Shown: one piece after another, positions 49,276 to 59,328 of the stretch
How positions within the stretch are numbered: position 1 is the first letter of the stretch
How the letters are laid out: each line of letters begins with the position of its first letter
Assembly (NCBI GenBank): GCA_963809895.1
Contig: CAWELD010000010.1
Span: 832,001-896,000 of the forward strand
DNA length: 64,000 nt
Origin: an uncultured Gemmatimonadales bacterium
GTDB lineage: Bacteria > Gemmatimonadota > Gemmatimonadetes > Longimicrobiales > Gaopeijiaceae
Reading direction: 5' to 3'
Notes under the pieces: model-generated
Database searches by the model: none
What the model was told of the DNA's origin: nothing
What the model saw: only the letters and a program-made list of their open reading frames with translations
Position numbers and translations under genes: made by a program

Positions 49276-49839
49276 ATGACACCCGCCCGCTCGGCCGGGG
49301 CCGTCCTGGCCCTGGCGCTCCTGTCCCTGTGTCCCGCAGCCGCGAAGGCACAGTCCATCGACTCCAACGCGCCCTCCGTTTCGCTCGCCGCCAGTGGCAG
49401 TGAATCCCTGACCCTCAGCGTGACCGGCGTCAGCACGGTCAACTTCGATCTCGACGGTGGCACCACCGTCGCGGGCGACAACGCCATCTCGGTGGACACC
49501 GATTGGCGGCTGAAGGGAAACCGGACCACGCTGCAGATCTGGGGATCGTTCACCTCGTCGACCGACGCTCTGTCGGACGGTACCGGGTATTCGATTCCCA
49601 GCAGCGCCGTGCAGGGGCGTGTCGCCACCGGCGTGCCCACCAGCTTCACCGCCTTCACGCAGACCGGGCCTTTCGGCGCCGCGGGCGCCGCGCTCAAGCT
49701 CGTCGAGCTGTCGGTGAGTCCCCCGAATCACCGCGGTAACCGGTCCGACGACCTGGAGCTCCAGATCGATCAGACGGGGCTCAACCTCGCCGCCGGCGAC
49801 TACAGCGGGACGCTCACCATTCAGGCGACCGCGTTCTGA
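49276..49839 (+). CDS. Putative fimbrial/pilin subunit (Ig-like, chaperone-usher-type C terminus)
   Basis: Signal peptide; Ser/Thr/Gly-rich beta pattern; ends AGDYSGTLTIQATAF. Confidence 0.7.
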   Translation: MTPARSAGAVLALALLSLCPAAAKAQSIDSNAPSVSLAASGSESLTLSVTGVSTVNFDLDGGTTVAGDNAISVDTDWRLKGNRTTLQIWGSFTSSTDALSDGTGYSIPSSAVQGRVATGVPTSFTAFTQTGPFGAAGAALKLVELSVSPPNHRGNRSDDLELQIDQTGLNLAAGDYSGTLTIQATAF

Positions 49840-49840
49840 C

Positions 49841-50584
49841 ATGAAACGGCTCCTGCTCGCCGCGGTGACTCTGCTCACCGCGGCGAGGCCGGGAGCGGCC
49901 CAGTCGGTCAGTCCCCTCATCGCGGAGTACGACCGCCCGACCACCGGACGATTCGAGGTGCAGAACACGGGCCTCTATCCGGTCACGGTGGTGGTGGAGG
50001 CCAAGGGCTTCCACCTCGACCCCGAGGGAGTCCCGACCTTCGAGCCGCTGCCCGCCGACCTCCGTGTCCGACTCTCGGAGACGAGCTTCGAGATCGCGCC
50101 CCGCAGTCGCCACGCCGTCTACTACGAGGTGAGCGCTGCCCGGCTCCCGGCATGGTTCACCATCTACAGCACGATCACCGGTCCGCGTCCGAGCTCGGGT
50201 GTCCAGGTGCGCGTCCAGCTTCCCCACACGGTCTACGTCTACGGGGATCCGCTGACCCGGGACGACGTGGCCCTGGATCGAGCGGAGTGGGTCCGTGGCG
50301 CCGACAGCGTGGTGGTGCGGGTGCGCAACGGTGGGCCACGCCTGGGTCGGGTGCAGGTGGCCCGCGTCGAGGGTGGTGGGCCCCACGTGGACTATCCCGG
50401 GTTTCCGGTCTTTCCGGGCAGTGAGCGTACGATCCACATCCCCTGGACCGGCGACGCGGCGCCGGTCCGCGTGACGCTGGACTTCGGCGACTTCCGTCTC
50501 CAGGGCGACGTCGCGGTGGTGGACGCGCCGGAGCCCGGAGCCCCGGGCGATGGCACGGACGTGACGGATGGCCACGACTCGTGA
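49841..50584 (+). CDS. Putative PapD-like periplasmic chaperone
   Basis: SVSPLI, FEVQNTG, SFEIAP, VRVRNGG; two Ig-like halves. Confidence 0.65.
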   Translation: MKRLLLAAVTLLTAARPGAAQSVSPLIAEYDRPTTGRFEVQNTGLYPVTVVVEAKGFHLDPEGVPTFEPLPADLRVRLSETSFEIAPRSRHAVYYEVSAARLPAWFTIYSTITGPRPSSGVQVRVQLPHTVYVYGDPLTRDDVALDRAEWVRGADSVVVRVRNGGPRLGRVQVARVEGGGPHVDYPGFPVFPGSERTIHIPWTGDAAPVRVTLDFGDFRLQGDVAVVDAPEPGAPGDGTDVTDGHDS

Positions 50585-52277
50585 CCGGACGAGCATCCAA
50601 CGTCATCGGTGGCGCCGGCGATTCCTGCCGGCGGCCACGGTGGCGGCGCTGCTCGCGCCTGCGGCCGTCCGCGGGCAGCGCGTCGTCCGGGTCGACGTGG
50701 GCGCCAACAGCAACTCCGACGCCTACGCCACACGGGTCCAGTGGTTCGGACCGCGCTTCGAGGGATGGCTGGCCGCCGCCGGCGGTCGGGATCGGTCGCT
50801 GGGCGGTTGGATCGGCACGCGTCTGGGCGAGCTCCGACTCGGGGTGGGAGATGCGCCGGTAGCTCTTTCCCTTCCCACGGACCGACTCGGGGGAGCGCCG
50901 GGTCTCATGGGCCGCGGCGTCGTTCTCGCCGATTCTGCCGGCCGATTCGAATGGAGTGCCTTCGCCGGTTGGGGCGCGCGCGCCCGCAACCCGGTCCCGG
51001 GGCTCATGACCGCACAGACGTCGTCGCGCATGGCCCGCCTGGACGCCAGTTGGGCCGCGTCGCCCACCGTGACCTGGGCCGCTTTCCAGACCCTCGCCGA
51101 GGATGGCTGGACGCACCTGGAGTCCCTGAGCTGGGAGCCCTCGGCCGCGCTTTGTCTCGACGCTACCGGCGGCCGGATGGAGGGAGCCCCGTTCGGCGCC
51201 CTCGCGTTGTCGACCTCGACCCGGCATCTGGAGTTCACCTCCGTCTACACGTGGAGCTCCGGGGCGCAACGCCGGATGGCCGCGCCCGACGTCTTCTTCG
51301 CCGAGAGCGCGGGTCTCAACGGGCGCCTGCTATGGCGACCCTCCGAGAACTGGTACCTCGAGGCGTCACGCGTCCGCCGGCATACGTCGGAGCTCGTCGC
51401 CGATCCTCTTCCGCCGCGCACGGTCCACCAGGTCGGTGGGGGACTTGCCCTCGGCCGGGTGTCGCTTCGGGGCTCCGTCCAGGAATCCCCCGACCCCACG
51501 GGCGGAGATGCGAGCCGCGGGGCGCGACTCGGCGTCAGCGCGCGGGTCACACCCATGCTGCGTGGCGACCTCTCGTACTTCGTGAGTCGCGATGCGCGAG
51601 GCGTGACGACCGGCATCGGCGTGGCCAGTCTGCGCGAGAGAATCCGCCCCGCGCTGGAGTTGCTCCAGCGGGTCACCCTGGACGGCCGGGGCAAGCCCTC
51701 CGTGGCGTTGGGTGGCCGCTTCGAGCGCGGAGGCTCGAGCGTCGGACTGGACTATCGGACGGACTTCGTGCCCAGCGAGTCCGGCTCTCAGTTCCGGACG
51801 GCTCTGGTGATCGACGTCCGCATTCAGCTTTCATCGACCAGCGATGTCACGGCCACCACCTACCTGGACGGATACGGAAACACCGTCTACCGGGCCCGCG
51901 CCGGACGCTGGCTCTACCCGGGCTCCCGGGAGCGCGGGGGGACGCGTCGGACCTCGGCGGAGGACTTCGACTTTCCGGATCGCGTCGTACGGGGGCGCGT
52001 GCAACTGGAGGACGGCACACCGGTGGAGGGCGCAGCCGTGGCGGTGGGAGATCGGGTCCTCTATTCGGACTCCGAAGGGCGCTTCCTGCTGCGTACCGAC
52101 GACACGAACCCCATGCCGTTCGAGGTGGCGTTGGGGGAGTTCCTGCTACCCGGGGCATACCGCATTCTCAGCGCCCCGGATGAGGTGCGGGCGGTTCCGG
52201 AGGGCGAGGTGGAAGACGTCGTGGTCGTCCTCCGCAAGGTGACCCCCGCTCCGGCCGGCGCTCGAGAAACGCGCTGA
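50568..52277 (+). CDS. Putative usher-like outer-membrane beta-barrel with C-terminal carboxypeptidase-like domain
   Basis: LRLGVGD, alternating amphipathic strands; C-terminal VRGRV..GTPVEGAAVAVG..SDSEGRF as in usher C-terminal domains. Confidence 0.6.
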   Translation: MATTRDRTSIQRHRWRRRFLPAATVAALLAPAAVRGQRVVRVDVGANSNSDAYATRVQWFGPRFEGWLAAAGGRDRSLGGWIGTRLGELRLGVGDAPVALSLPTDRLGGAPGLMGRGVVLADSAGRFEWSAFAGWGARARNPVPGLMTAQTSSRMARLDASWAASPTVTWAAFQTLAEDGWTHLESLSWEPSAALCLDATGGRMEGAPFGALALSTSTRHLEFTSVYTWSSGAQRRMAAPDVFFAESAGLNGRLLWRPSENWYLEASRVRRHTSELVADPLPPRTVHQVGGGLALGRVSLRGSVQESPDPTGGDASRGARLGVSARVTPMLRGDLSYFVSRDARGVTTGIGVASLRERIRPALELLQRVTLDGRGKPSVALGGRFERGGSSVGLDYRTDFVPSESGSQFRTALVIDVRIQLSSTSDVTATTYLDGYGNTVYRARAGRWLYPGSRERGGTRRTSAEDFDFPDRVVRGRVQLEDGTPVEGAAVAVGDRVLYSDSEGRFLLRTDDTNPMPFEVALGEFLLPGAYRILSAPDEVRAVPEGEVEDVVVVLRKVTPAPAGARETR

Positions 52278-52290
52278 TCGACCGCAAGGG

Positions 52291-52710
52291 TCAATAGGCT
52301 TCGAGCCTGAAGGTCTGGATGGACGCCGTCGGGTTCGGGGCGACCCCCGACCCTGGGCGAAGCAGCCGAACGGAAAGGAGGATGGGGCGCGCGAAGCGGT
52401 CGTGCGTGACGACGCGTAACGGTGGCTCAGGTCCGTCGTCGGGGGCCGTCCGGGCGGGGCGGGTCAGGTCGTGAGGGGACCCGGTGAGGAGCGACGCCAG
52501 ATCCGGAAAGACGCGACGCGGCGTGGAGTCGTCGCCGAGGGTGTCGGCGATGGAGAACGACCGCGACGCCGCGATGTGGATGCCTGCCGCACCGGGGGGT
52601 GCGAAGGCCGGCGCACCACCGATCGCCTGTGCTTCGGCAGACGAGAATCCGCCCGCCAGCATGAGCCCCCCCAGGAGCCCCGCGATGGCAATACGCCGCA
52701 CCTTCGTCAC
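52291..52710 (-). CDS. Small secreted protein, possible minor pilin
   Basis: Signal peptide ..SAEA; GGAG RBS; ends SIQTFRLEAY. Confidence 0.6.
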   Translation of the reverse strand: MTKVRRIAIAGLLGGLMLAGGFSSAEAQAIGGAPAFAPPGAAGIHIAASRSFSIADTLGDDSTPRRVFPDLASLLTGSPHDLTRPARTAPDDGPEPPLRVVTHDRFARPILLSVRLLRPGSGVAPNPTASIQTFRLEAY

Positions 52711-52753
52711 CTCTCCAGTCGGTCAGGTGGGACATCTCCTGGGGCTTCTCTAG

Positions 52754-52770
52754 AGCGAGATCCGGGCCAA
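52754..52770 (-). promoter_or_regulatory. sigma54 -24/-12 promoter candidate
   Basis: Minus strand TTGGCCCGGATCTCGCT = GG-N10-GC, about 45 nt before the GTG of 52291..52710. Confidence 0.6.
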
Positions 52771-52919
52771 AACAGGCTGTGCGTCGTAACATCCTGGGAT
52801 ACAGTGACTTAACGGACTTGCGCCCAAGTATGGTACTGTCTGGAATCCATACACGGTCTCGCTGGTGGTACGTCGCTGCTGGCGTGATCGTCGCTGCGGC
52901 AGGCGCAGAAATGCGCATT

Positions 52920-52955
52920 TGTATGGAAATCGTACACGTGTCCAATTATCATACA
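52920..52955. promoter_or_regulatory. Tandem TGT-N11-ACA enhancer-like sites
   Basis: TGTATGGAAATCGTACA (52920-52936) and TGTCCAATTATCATACA (52939-52955). Confidence 0.65.
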
Positions 52956-52994
52956 TACAGTTGTACTCGATCTCCCTGTTTGACGGATGCCATC

Positions 52995-54368
52995 GTGCAG
53001 AGCCTCGACCTGTCCAACCCGTCGGTCCTCCTGGTGGACGACGACCCCCACATCCTTCGTTCGCTCTCGCGCTTCTTTCAGAATTCGGGCTGGGCAACGC
53101 ACACCGCCCCTTCGGGCGAGGATGCGGTGCGGGCCTACGAGGCCGTGGCCCCGGACGTCGTTCTCCTCGACCTGGTTCTTCCGGGCATTTCCGGCCTGGA
53201 GGTTCTGGAGCTGATCGTGCCGGCGGGGGCGACGGTCGTGCTCCTGACCGGCGAGGGGCAGGTCAGCACCGCCGTGGAGGCCATGCGCAAGGGAGCCGAG
53301 AACTTTCTCACCAAGCCCGTGGAGATGGACTATCTCGAAGCCGCGCTCCTGAAGGCTCTGCGCACGGCGCGGCTGCGTGAGGTCAACCGCCGTCTGTCGG
53401 CCGCGGTGCAGGACGGCACCGGGGACAAGGACTTCTTCGGCGGCTCGGCGCGCATGCAGGCGTTGGCGGAGCGAGCCCATCTGTTCGCGCGCTCCGACAG
53501 CACCATCCTCCTCATGGGCGAGAGCGGCGTAGGCAAGGGATGGCTCGCCCGGCGCATGCATCAGATCAGCCCGCGCTCGGCCGCGCCCTTCGTGACGGTG
53601 AACTGTGCCGGGCTGTCCGCCACGTTTCTGGACAGCGAGTTGTTCGGACACGAGAAGGGCGCCTTCACCGATGCGCGTCAGGCCAAGGAGGGACTGTTCG
53701 AGGTCGCGAACGGAGGGACTCTCTTCCTGGACGAGATCGGGGACCTGGCCGTGGAGCTCCAGCCGAAGCTTCTCAAGGTCCTGGAGGAAACGACGTTCCG
53801 GCGCCTGGGTGGCACACGCGAGATCACGGCCGACGTCCGGCTCATCGCCGCCACGAACCACGATCTGGAGGCCGCGGTCGACGCGGGCCGCTTCCGGGCC
53901 GATCTCTATCACCGCATCAACGTCCTGGCGCTGTCGATCCCTCCCTTCCGCGAACGCGATCCCGAAGACGTCCTCGAGATGATCCATCGGGTGTTCAGGG
54001 AGCTGGCTCGCGAAGGGGACCCGGCCCTGTCGCGCAACGCACTGGACCTGCTGCTCGGCTACGACTGGCCCGGCAACGTCAGAGAGCTGCGAAATATCCT
54101 GGAGCGCGCGCTGGTGCTGGCGCGTGGGCAGGAGCAGATCCGGGTCGAGCATCTGCCGCCGTCGTTGAGGGGGTCGGCCCCGCTGATCGAGTCCAGGGAC
54201 GCCGGGCCGGTGGAGCCCCTCGAAGCCGTCGAGCGCAGGCACATCGTAAGAGCGCTGGAGGTGCTGAACGGCAATCGTACCCGGGCCGCCGAGGCCCTGG
54301 GCATCAGCCGGGCCACCCTCTACGCGAAGATCGACCAGTTCGGGCTACAGGAGGTGGGGCGGGCGTGA
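52995..54368 (+). CDS. sigma54-dependent response regulator (NtrC/AtoC-like REC-AAA-HTH)
   Basis: LLVDDD, LLDLVLPG, GESGVGK, SELFGHEKGAFTDA, LFLDEIG, WPGNVREL, GNRTRAAEALGISRATLY. Confidence 0.95.
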   Translation: MQSLDLSNPSVLLVDDDPHILRSLSRFFQNSGWATHTAPSGEDAVRAYEAVAPDVVLLDLVLPGISGLEVLELIVPAGATVVLLTGEGQVSTAVEAMRKGAENFLTKPVEMDYLEAALLKALRTARLREVNRRLSAAVQDGTGDKDFFGGSARMQALAERAHLFARSDSTILLMGESGVGKGWLARRMHQISPRSAAPFVTVNCAGLSATFLDSELFGHEKGAFTDARQAKEGLFEVANGGTLFLDEIGDLAVELQPKLLKVLEETTFRRLGGTREITADVRLIAATNHDLEAAVDAGRFRADLYHRINVLALSIPPFRERDPEDVLEMIHRVFRELAREGDPALSRNALDLLLGYDWPGNVRELRNILERALVLARGQEQIRVEHLPPSLRGSAPLIESRDAGPVEPLEAVERRHIVRALEVLNGNRTRAAEALGISRATLYAKIDQFGLQEVGRA

Positions 54369-54378
54369 CCCCCTCCCC

Positions 54379-55846
54379 TCACTCCCCGCCCGGCGGCCCC
54401 ACTGCCTTCAGCACCTCGCGCGTGAGATCCCAGCGGTCGAAGCCCTGGCGGCCCCAGTCCAGCCCACGGCGCACGATGACCAGGTGGTGGGACGGCACCA
54501 CGATGGCGAACTGGCCCCGGTTGCCGGCGGTGGTGTAGGCGTCGGAGGGCACGTCGGTGCGGTCGCTGGGCACCAGCCACCACTGGCCGCCGTAGAAATC
54601 GCCGCGGCCGGCGGTGGCCGGGGCCGGCGTGCGCACGAAGTCGATGAAGTCGTGCGACAGGAGCCGCTTGCCGTTCCACACGCCGTCCTGCTGATAGAGC
54701 ATGCCGAAGCGCGCCAGGTCGCGGGCGTTGGTGTACACCTGGCTGCTCAGGATGAAGTCGCCGAAACGGTCCATGCCCAGGAGCGTGCTGCGCATGCCGA
54801 GGGGATCCAGCAGCGCCCGGCGCGGAAAGTCGTGATACGTGTCCTCGTCGCCCAGCGCCCGCTTCATGAGGTAGACGGCCGTGAGGGTCTCGTAGTTCTC
54901 GTAGTCCCAGTTCGTGCCGGGCTCCCGGATCACGGCCCGGTTCAGCAGTCCCTGCACCGAGCTGGCACCGGCCCAGTAGGCCAAGCCCCGAGCCGGTGGC
55001 GTATTCCAGTCCGTTGTCCACCGGGTAGAGGCCGCTGGACATGTGGAGCAGGTTGCGCAGTGTGATGGCCCTGCGTGGGTCGCTCTCCGGCGACGCCGCT
55101 CGCGGCCGCCACGGAAGGTCCAGGGGATCGTCCAGGGACAGCGTGCCCTGGTCCACCAACATCCCGATCAGGGTGACGGCGATGCTCTTGGCGGTGCTCC
55201 AGGTGCGCGTCCGCGTGTGGCGGTCCACGCCGGGGGCGTAGCGCTCCAGGAGGATCTGGCCGTCCTGCACCACCATGAGGCTCAGCGTGACCTGTTCGGG
55301 GCTGTCCCGGTCGAAGGCCCAGTTCGCCGCCGCCTCGAGTGCTTCGGCATCGACGTTGGCCGGAAGAGGCTGGTCCGGAACCAGGTCACCCATGGGCCAG
55401 GGGATGGTATCGGGATCGCCGGGGAGGGGCGGGCGGTCGATCTCGGGCAGCGTGGCGATGTCGTCGAAGGTCTGGTCCGGGGACAGCACGACGCAGCCGA
55501 CGCCCTCGCGGAAGGCCGCCCGCATGACCGGAATCGCGCCACCCGGCGCCCCGACTGCCACGGCCCGCAGGTCCCGGTTCACCTCGTAGTCGCCGCCCTC
55601 GGCGGTCCCCACCGGGTTCCGGACGTAGGCGAGCTCCTGATCGAAGACCTGGGCCAGCGTCCGGTGAGACGTGAAGAGGCCGTTGCACATCAGCACCGCC
55701 TGCACGCCGCGCTGGATCATCTCCTTCTGGGGAGCCCACACGTCGTAGGTCTCTTGCTGCTGGGCAGCCAGCAGGGAAGGGAGGAGGACGAGCGCGACCG
55801 CCAGCGAGGCGCGGGCGACGGTGGACGGGTGCGGGCGTGAAGGCAT
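54379..55846 (-). CDS. Serine hydrolase (beta-lactamase-like), secreted; apparent frameshift ~54985
   Basis: WSTAKS (SxxK), LLHMSSGL, WDYEN, RDLARFG, AGNRGQ. Confidence 0.88.
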
Positions 55847-56006
55847 GGCCGGATCCTCGATGGGGTGGAGTCCTCCCCGAGAATGAGGGTTGGCGGCGCC
55901 CCGTCAAGCATGGGCGGCTACCGAACCCGGCTCGGGTCGGATCCTGGATCGCGCGTCGGGGTTGGGTGTCGAAGCTCCCAATCCCCCGGCATCAGGAGCA
56001 ACAGAC

Positions 56007-56822
56007 ATGCGAGGTCGACTGTCGACTGGCCGCTTCTTTCCGTCTCTGACGATCGCGGGCGCGGCGGCGATCGTCTTCACGGCCGCCTCACCTCGAGCGA
56101 CCGCCGCCCAGACCATTCTCAACGTGGAGCGCCTCCAGCCCAGGGAAGCGTCGGGCTGGCACTTCGGTGTGGAGGGCGGGCTGGACCTGGCGCGCGGAAA
56201 CACCGACCACACGGACCTGCAGGGTGGGTTCGCCACGGGCTACCGGTGGTCCGGCGACTGGGCGCGACTGTTCGCCGGGATCAACTACGAGGGGAAGGGC
56301 GACGGCAGCGTGGACAACGACCAGTACCTGCATCTGCGCTACAACCACTGGTGGCGATCGCGGCTCCAATCCTTCCACTTCGTGCAGTACCAGGCGAGTC
56401 ACACCGGCGTCTTGCGGCGGCGCTACCTGGCGGGGAGCGGTCTGCGACTACGGGTGCTGGAGCGCGAACGGACCACGTTCGACCTGGGGAGCGGGGCCAT
56501 GTTCGAGTACGAACACCTCGACCGGACCCAGGTGTCCGACGACCATCCCATCACGTCGCGCGTCGTGCGCATGGCCAACCTCCTGGTGCTGAATCGGCGG
56601 CTGAGCGGCGACGTGCGCTTCGTGGGCGTCGGATACGTGCAGCCGCGCTTCGACGACTTCGGCGACGCGAGGCTCCTGTCGGACCTGTCCATCCTCATCG
56701 CGCTGACGGATCAGGTCGACCTCGCGGTGCGGCTGCAGTGGCGACACGACACGGTGCCACCGGGTGGGGTCGACGCCGATGACCTGAGCTTCACCTCGGG
56801 CTTCACGGTGAGCCTACGCTGA
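56007..56822 (+). CDS. DUF481-like outer membrane barrel protein
   Basis: QTILNVE, RGNT, HLRYN, YVQPRFDDFGD; AGGAG RBS. Confidence 0.8.
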   Translation: MRGRLSTGRFFPSLTIAGAAAIVFTAASPRATAAQTILNVERLQPREASGWHFGVEGGLDLARGNTDHTDLQGGFATGYRWSGDWARLFAGINYEGKGDGSVDNDQYLHLRYNHWWRSRLQSFHFVQYQASHTGVLRRRYLAGSGLRLRVLERERTTFDLGSGAMFEYEHLDRTQVSDDHPITSRVVRMANLLVLNRRLSGDVRFVGVGYVQPRFDDFGDARLLSDLSILIALTDQVDLAVRLQWRHDTVPPGGVDADDLSFTSGFTVSLR

Positions 56823-56837
56823 CGGCGCGTCACGGTG

Positions 56838-57818
56838 CTACGCGGGGGCGCGCCGGGCGATGGACCGCAGGATGGCGAACGCGGCGCCCGCCGCCACGCG
56901 CAGGGGACTCAGTCGTAGCCCGAATCTCTCCAGCGCATGGCGATGGTGGGCCCAATAGCCCTCGGGCAGGTTTCCGCGGACGAGGTCCGCTCCGAGGGTC
57001 CGGTAGTAGTTCCGGAGGGTTCTCCGGGTGACGTCTCGGAGCTCCGCCTCGGTCAGGAAGGTCGGTCCGAACGTTCTCAGCAGGTCCAGGCCCGCGGCCA
57101 TCTGCGCCCGCAGGCTGGCATGGGAGGCCGTGATGGAGCCCTCCTGCTCCCGGGAGTAGACGAGGACCTGGTGCACGAAGCCCAGGTCCCATTCCTTCAG
57201 CACGTACAGGTCCGCCTCCACGTCGCCCGAGATGTGATTCTCCTCGTAGAACGGCGTGCGGCTGCGCACGATCTCGCTCCGGAAGAGGTGCGCCGAGGGT
57301 GAGCCCAGGGTGTAGGGGCCGTCGGTGAGATTCATGCGGCCCGCGTCCCGGCCGGGTACGACCTCCGTGTCGTAGGGCAGACCCACCGACAGCATCCCCG
57401 AGTCCCGGAGCCGGTAGGAGCCCACGATTCCCACCCTCGGGTGGCGCTCGGCGACCGCGACCATCTCCTCCAGACATCGCGGAAACATGAAGTCGTCCGC
57501 GTTCAGGACCTTGGTGTACCGGCTCTCGTCGCTGATGGCTCGGAGCCCGCGGTTCGCGTTGGCCAGGGCGCTCACGAACTCCTCGTGATGCACGATGCGG
57601 ATGCGCTCGTCGCCACTCGCGTAGCGCTTCGCGATCCGGAGCGTTTCGTCCGTGCTGCAATTGTCGACGACGATGTGCTCCCAGTGGCGGAAGGTCTGAG
57701 CCAGCACGCTCTCCATGCATTCGGAAAGGTACTCGGCGCCGTTGAAGACAGGCGTCACCACGCTCACGAGCGGCATCGCGTCGGGTCGTCCGGTGGAAGA
57801 GCTGTCGCTGCTTGTCAT
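56838..57818 (-). CDS. Glycosyltransferase family 2
   Basis: VSVVTPVFNG, SVLAQT, VVDNCSTD, NADD. Confidence 0.92.
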   Translation of the reverse strand: MTSSDSSSTGRPDAMPLVSVVTPVFNGAEYLSECMESVLAQTFRHWEHIVVDNCSTDETLRIAKRYASGDERIRIVHHEEFVSALANANRGLRAISDESRYTKVLNADDFMFPRCLEEMVAVAERHPRVGIVGSYRLRDSGMLSVGLPYDTEVVPGRDAGRMNLTDGPYTLGSPSAHLFRSEIVRSRTPFYEENHISGDVEADLYVLKEWDLGFVHQVLVYSREQEGSITASHASLRAQMAAGLDLLRTFGPTFLTEAELRDVTRRTLRNYYRTLGADLVRGNLPEGYWAHHRHALERFGLRLSPLRVAAGAAFAILRSIARRAPA

Positions 57819-57997
57819 CGCATCTTGAGGTGGCGGGCCACGGATGGGACGAGGGGCGCGCGGCCGAACGTCGAGAGCGCAACATAGCGGAACCCCCGGT
57901 GGCCGGCGCCCTCCGGCCCTGTCGCAGGTGCCGGACGTTCGCCACCTTGGCAAGGTCGGTTGCCTGCTGGAACTTCGCGGTCCGTCTACCTCACGCC

Positions 57998-59227
57998 ATG
58001 CAGGGCACCGTGCGACAGCGCACACCCACCGTTCTCTATGTGGATACCAGCATCGGCTTCGGGGGAGCCTCCAAGAGCCTGGCTCTCCTGCTCCGGGGCC
58101 TCACCGGGGTGCGGCCGCTGCTGCTGTCGGCTCAGGACTCCGAGGAGCTGAATCGGCTCTTCGGGTCGGTCAAGAGCTGGCGATTCCGCACGCATGTCAA
58201 CTACCGGGCGCGCTTTCGCCTGCGGGATCGCCTGCGCGCCCGGGGCCGCCTGATCCGGTGGGCCGGCATGAAGGGATTCGCCGCCCTGGACCTCGCCGTC
58301 TCGCCCATGGTGGTGATCAAGATTCTGAGGATCATCAAGCGGTACGACGTGGATCTGGTCCACCTCAACAACCGCTACATTCCCGGCGAAGCGATTCTGG
58401 CGGCGCGTTTGAGCGGAGTGCCGGTGGTGGCTCATCTCCGCGAGTATCTCGACTCGCCGATCCCCGGCGAGGTCCTGCGTGCGGCGCGCAAGGTCGATCG
58501 GACCATCGCGGTCTCCGACGCGGCCGTGGAGAACCTCGTTGCGGTGTTCCCCGAGCTCCGGGTGACCAAGATCCAGAACCCCGTGGACGTGGAAGCCATG
58601 GAATCGGCCAGCGGAGCCAGGCTCGCCGTGCGCGAGAGTCTCGGTGCGACCGAAGCCGACATCCTCGTGGGGATCGTGGGCCGCGTCGTGCCCTGGAAGG
58701 GCCAGTTGGAGTTCGTGCGGGCGTGCCTCGGTGCCATGCGAGAGGAGGCCCGGATCATGGCCGTCGTCGTGGGCGACGTCTCCGACGGCCTCGAGTCCTA
58801 TCTCGACGATGTGCGCCGGGAGATCGACCAGAGCGGCTTTCAGGACCGATTCGTGTTGACCGGGTTCCGGAAGGACGTCGAGGCGATCTATCACGCCATC
58901 GACATTGCGGTGCACGCCTCCACCTCGCCGGAGCCCTTTGGGAGAGTGATCCCCGAAGCCATGGCCGCCGGATGCCCGGTGATCGCCTCCGACGCGGGTG
59001 GGCCGCGGGAGATCATCGCTCCGGGGGTGGATGGACTCCTGGTACCGCCGGGCGAGGTCGCAGCGCTTCGCGACGCGATCCTTCGCCTCGCGAGGGATCC
59101 GGAAGAACGCCGGGCCATGGGCGAGCGCGGGGCTCGCAAGGTGGCCCGGCACTTCACCATCGAGCAGGCCGCCGATCAGGTGCTGGAGGTCTATCGGCAA
59201 CTTCTCGCCAGATCCGGCCGGTCCTGA
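57998..59227 (+). CDS. Glycosyltransferase family 4
   Basis: GFGGA, GRVVPWKGQ, EPFGRVIPEAMAAG, DGLLVPPG. Confidence 0.93.
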   Translation: MQGTVRQRTPTVLYVDTSIGFGGASKSLALLLRGLTGVRPLLLSAQDSEELNRLFGSVKSWRFRTHVNYRARFRLRDRLRARGRLIRWAGMKGFAALDLAVSPMVVIKILRIIKRYDVDLVHLNNRYIPGEAILAARLSGVPVVAHLREYLDSPIPGEVLRAARKVDRTIAVSDAAVENLVAVFPELRVTKIQNPVDVEAMESASGARLAVRESLGATEADILVGIVGRVVPWKGQLEFVRACLGAMREEARIMAVVVGDVSDGLESYLDDVRREIDQSGFQDRFVLTGFRKDVEAIYHAIDIAVHASTSPEPFGRVIPEAMAAGCPVIASDAGGPREIIAPGVDGLLVPPGEVAALRDAILRLARDPEERRAMGERGARKVARHFTIEQAADQVLEVYRQLLARSGRS

Positions 59228-59268
59228 GCCTCCGCGAGGGCCGACCACTTGCCGGCGGCAACCGATTC

Positions 59269-59292
59269 TCACATTGTAGGCATCACATTGTA
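59269..59292 (+). promoter_or_regulatory. Direct repeat TCACATTGTA x2 (candidate PadR operator)
   Basis: Copies at 59269-59278 and 59283-59292, downstream of a TTGCCG -35-like hexamer. Confidence 0.55.
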
Positions 59293-59328
59293 AGGATCGA
59301 GGCCGCTTCGAACGGAGGGGACGGCACA

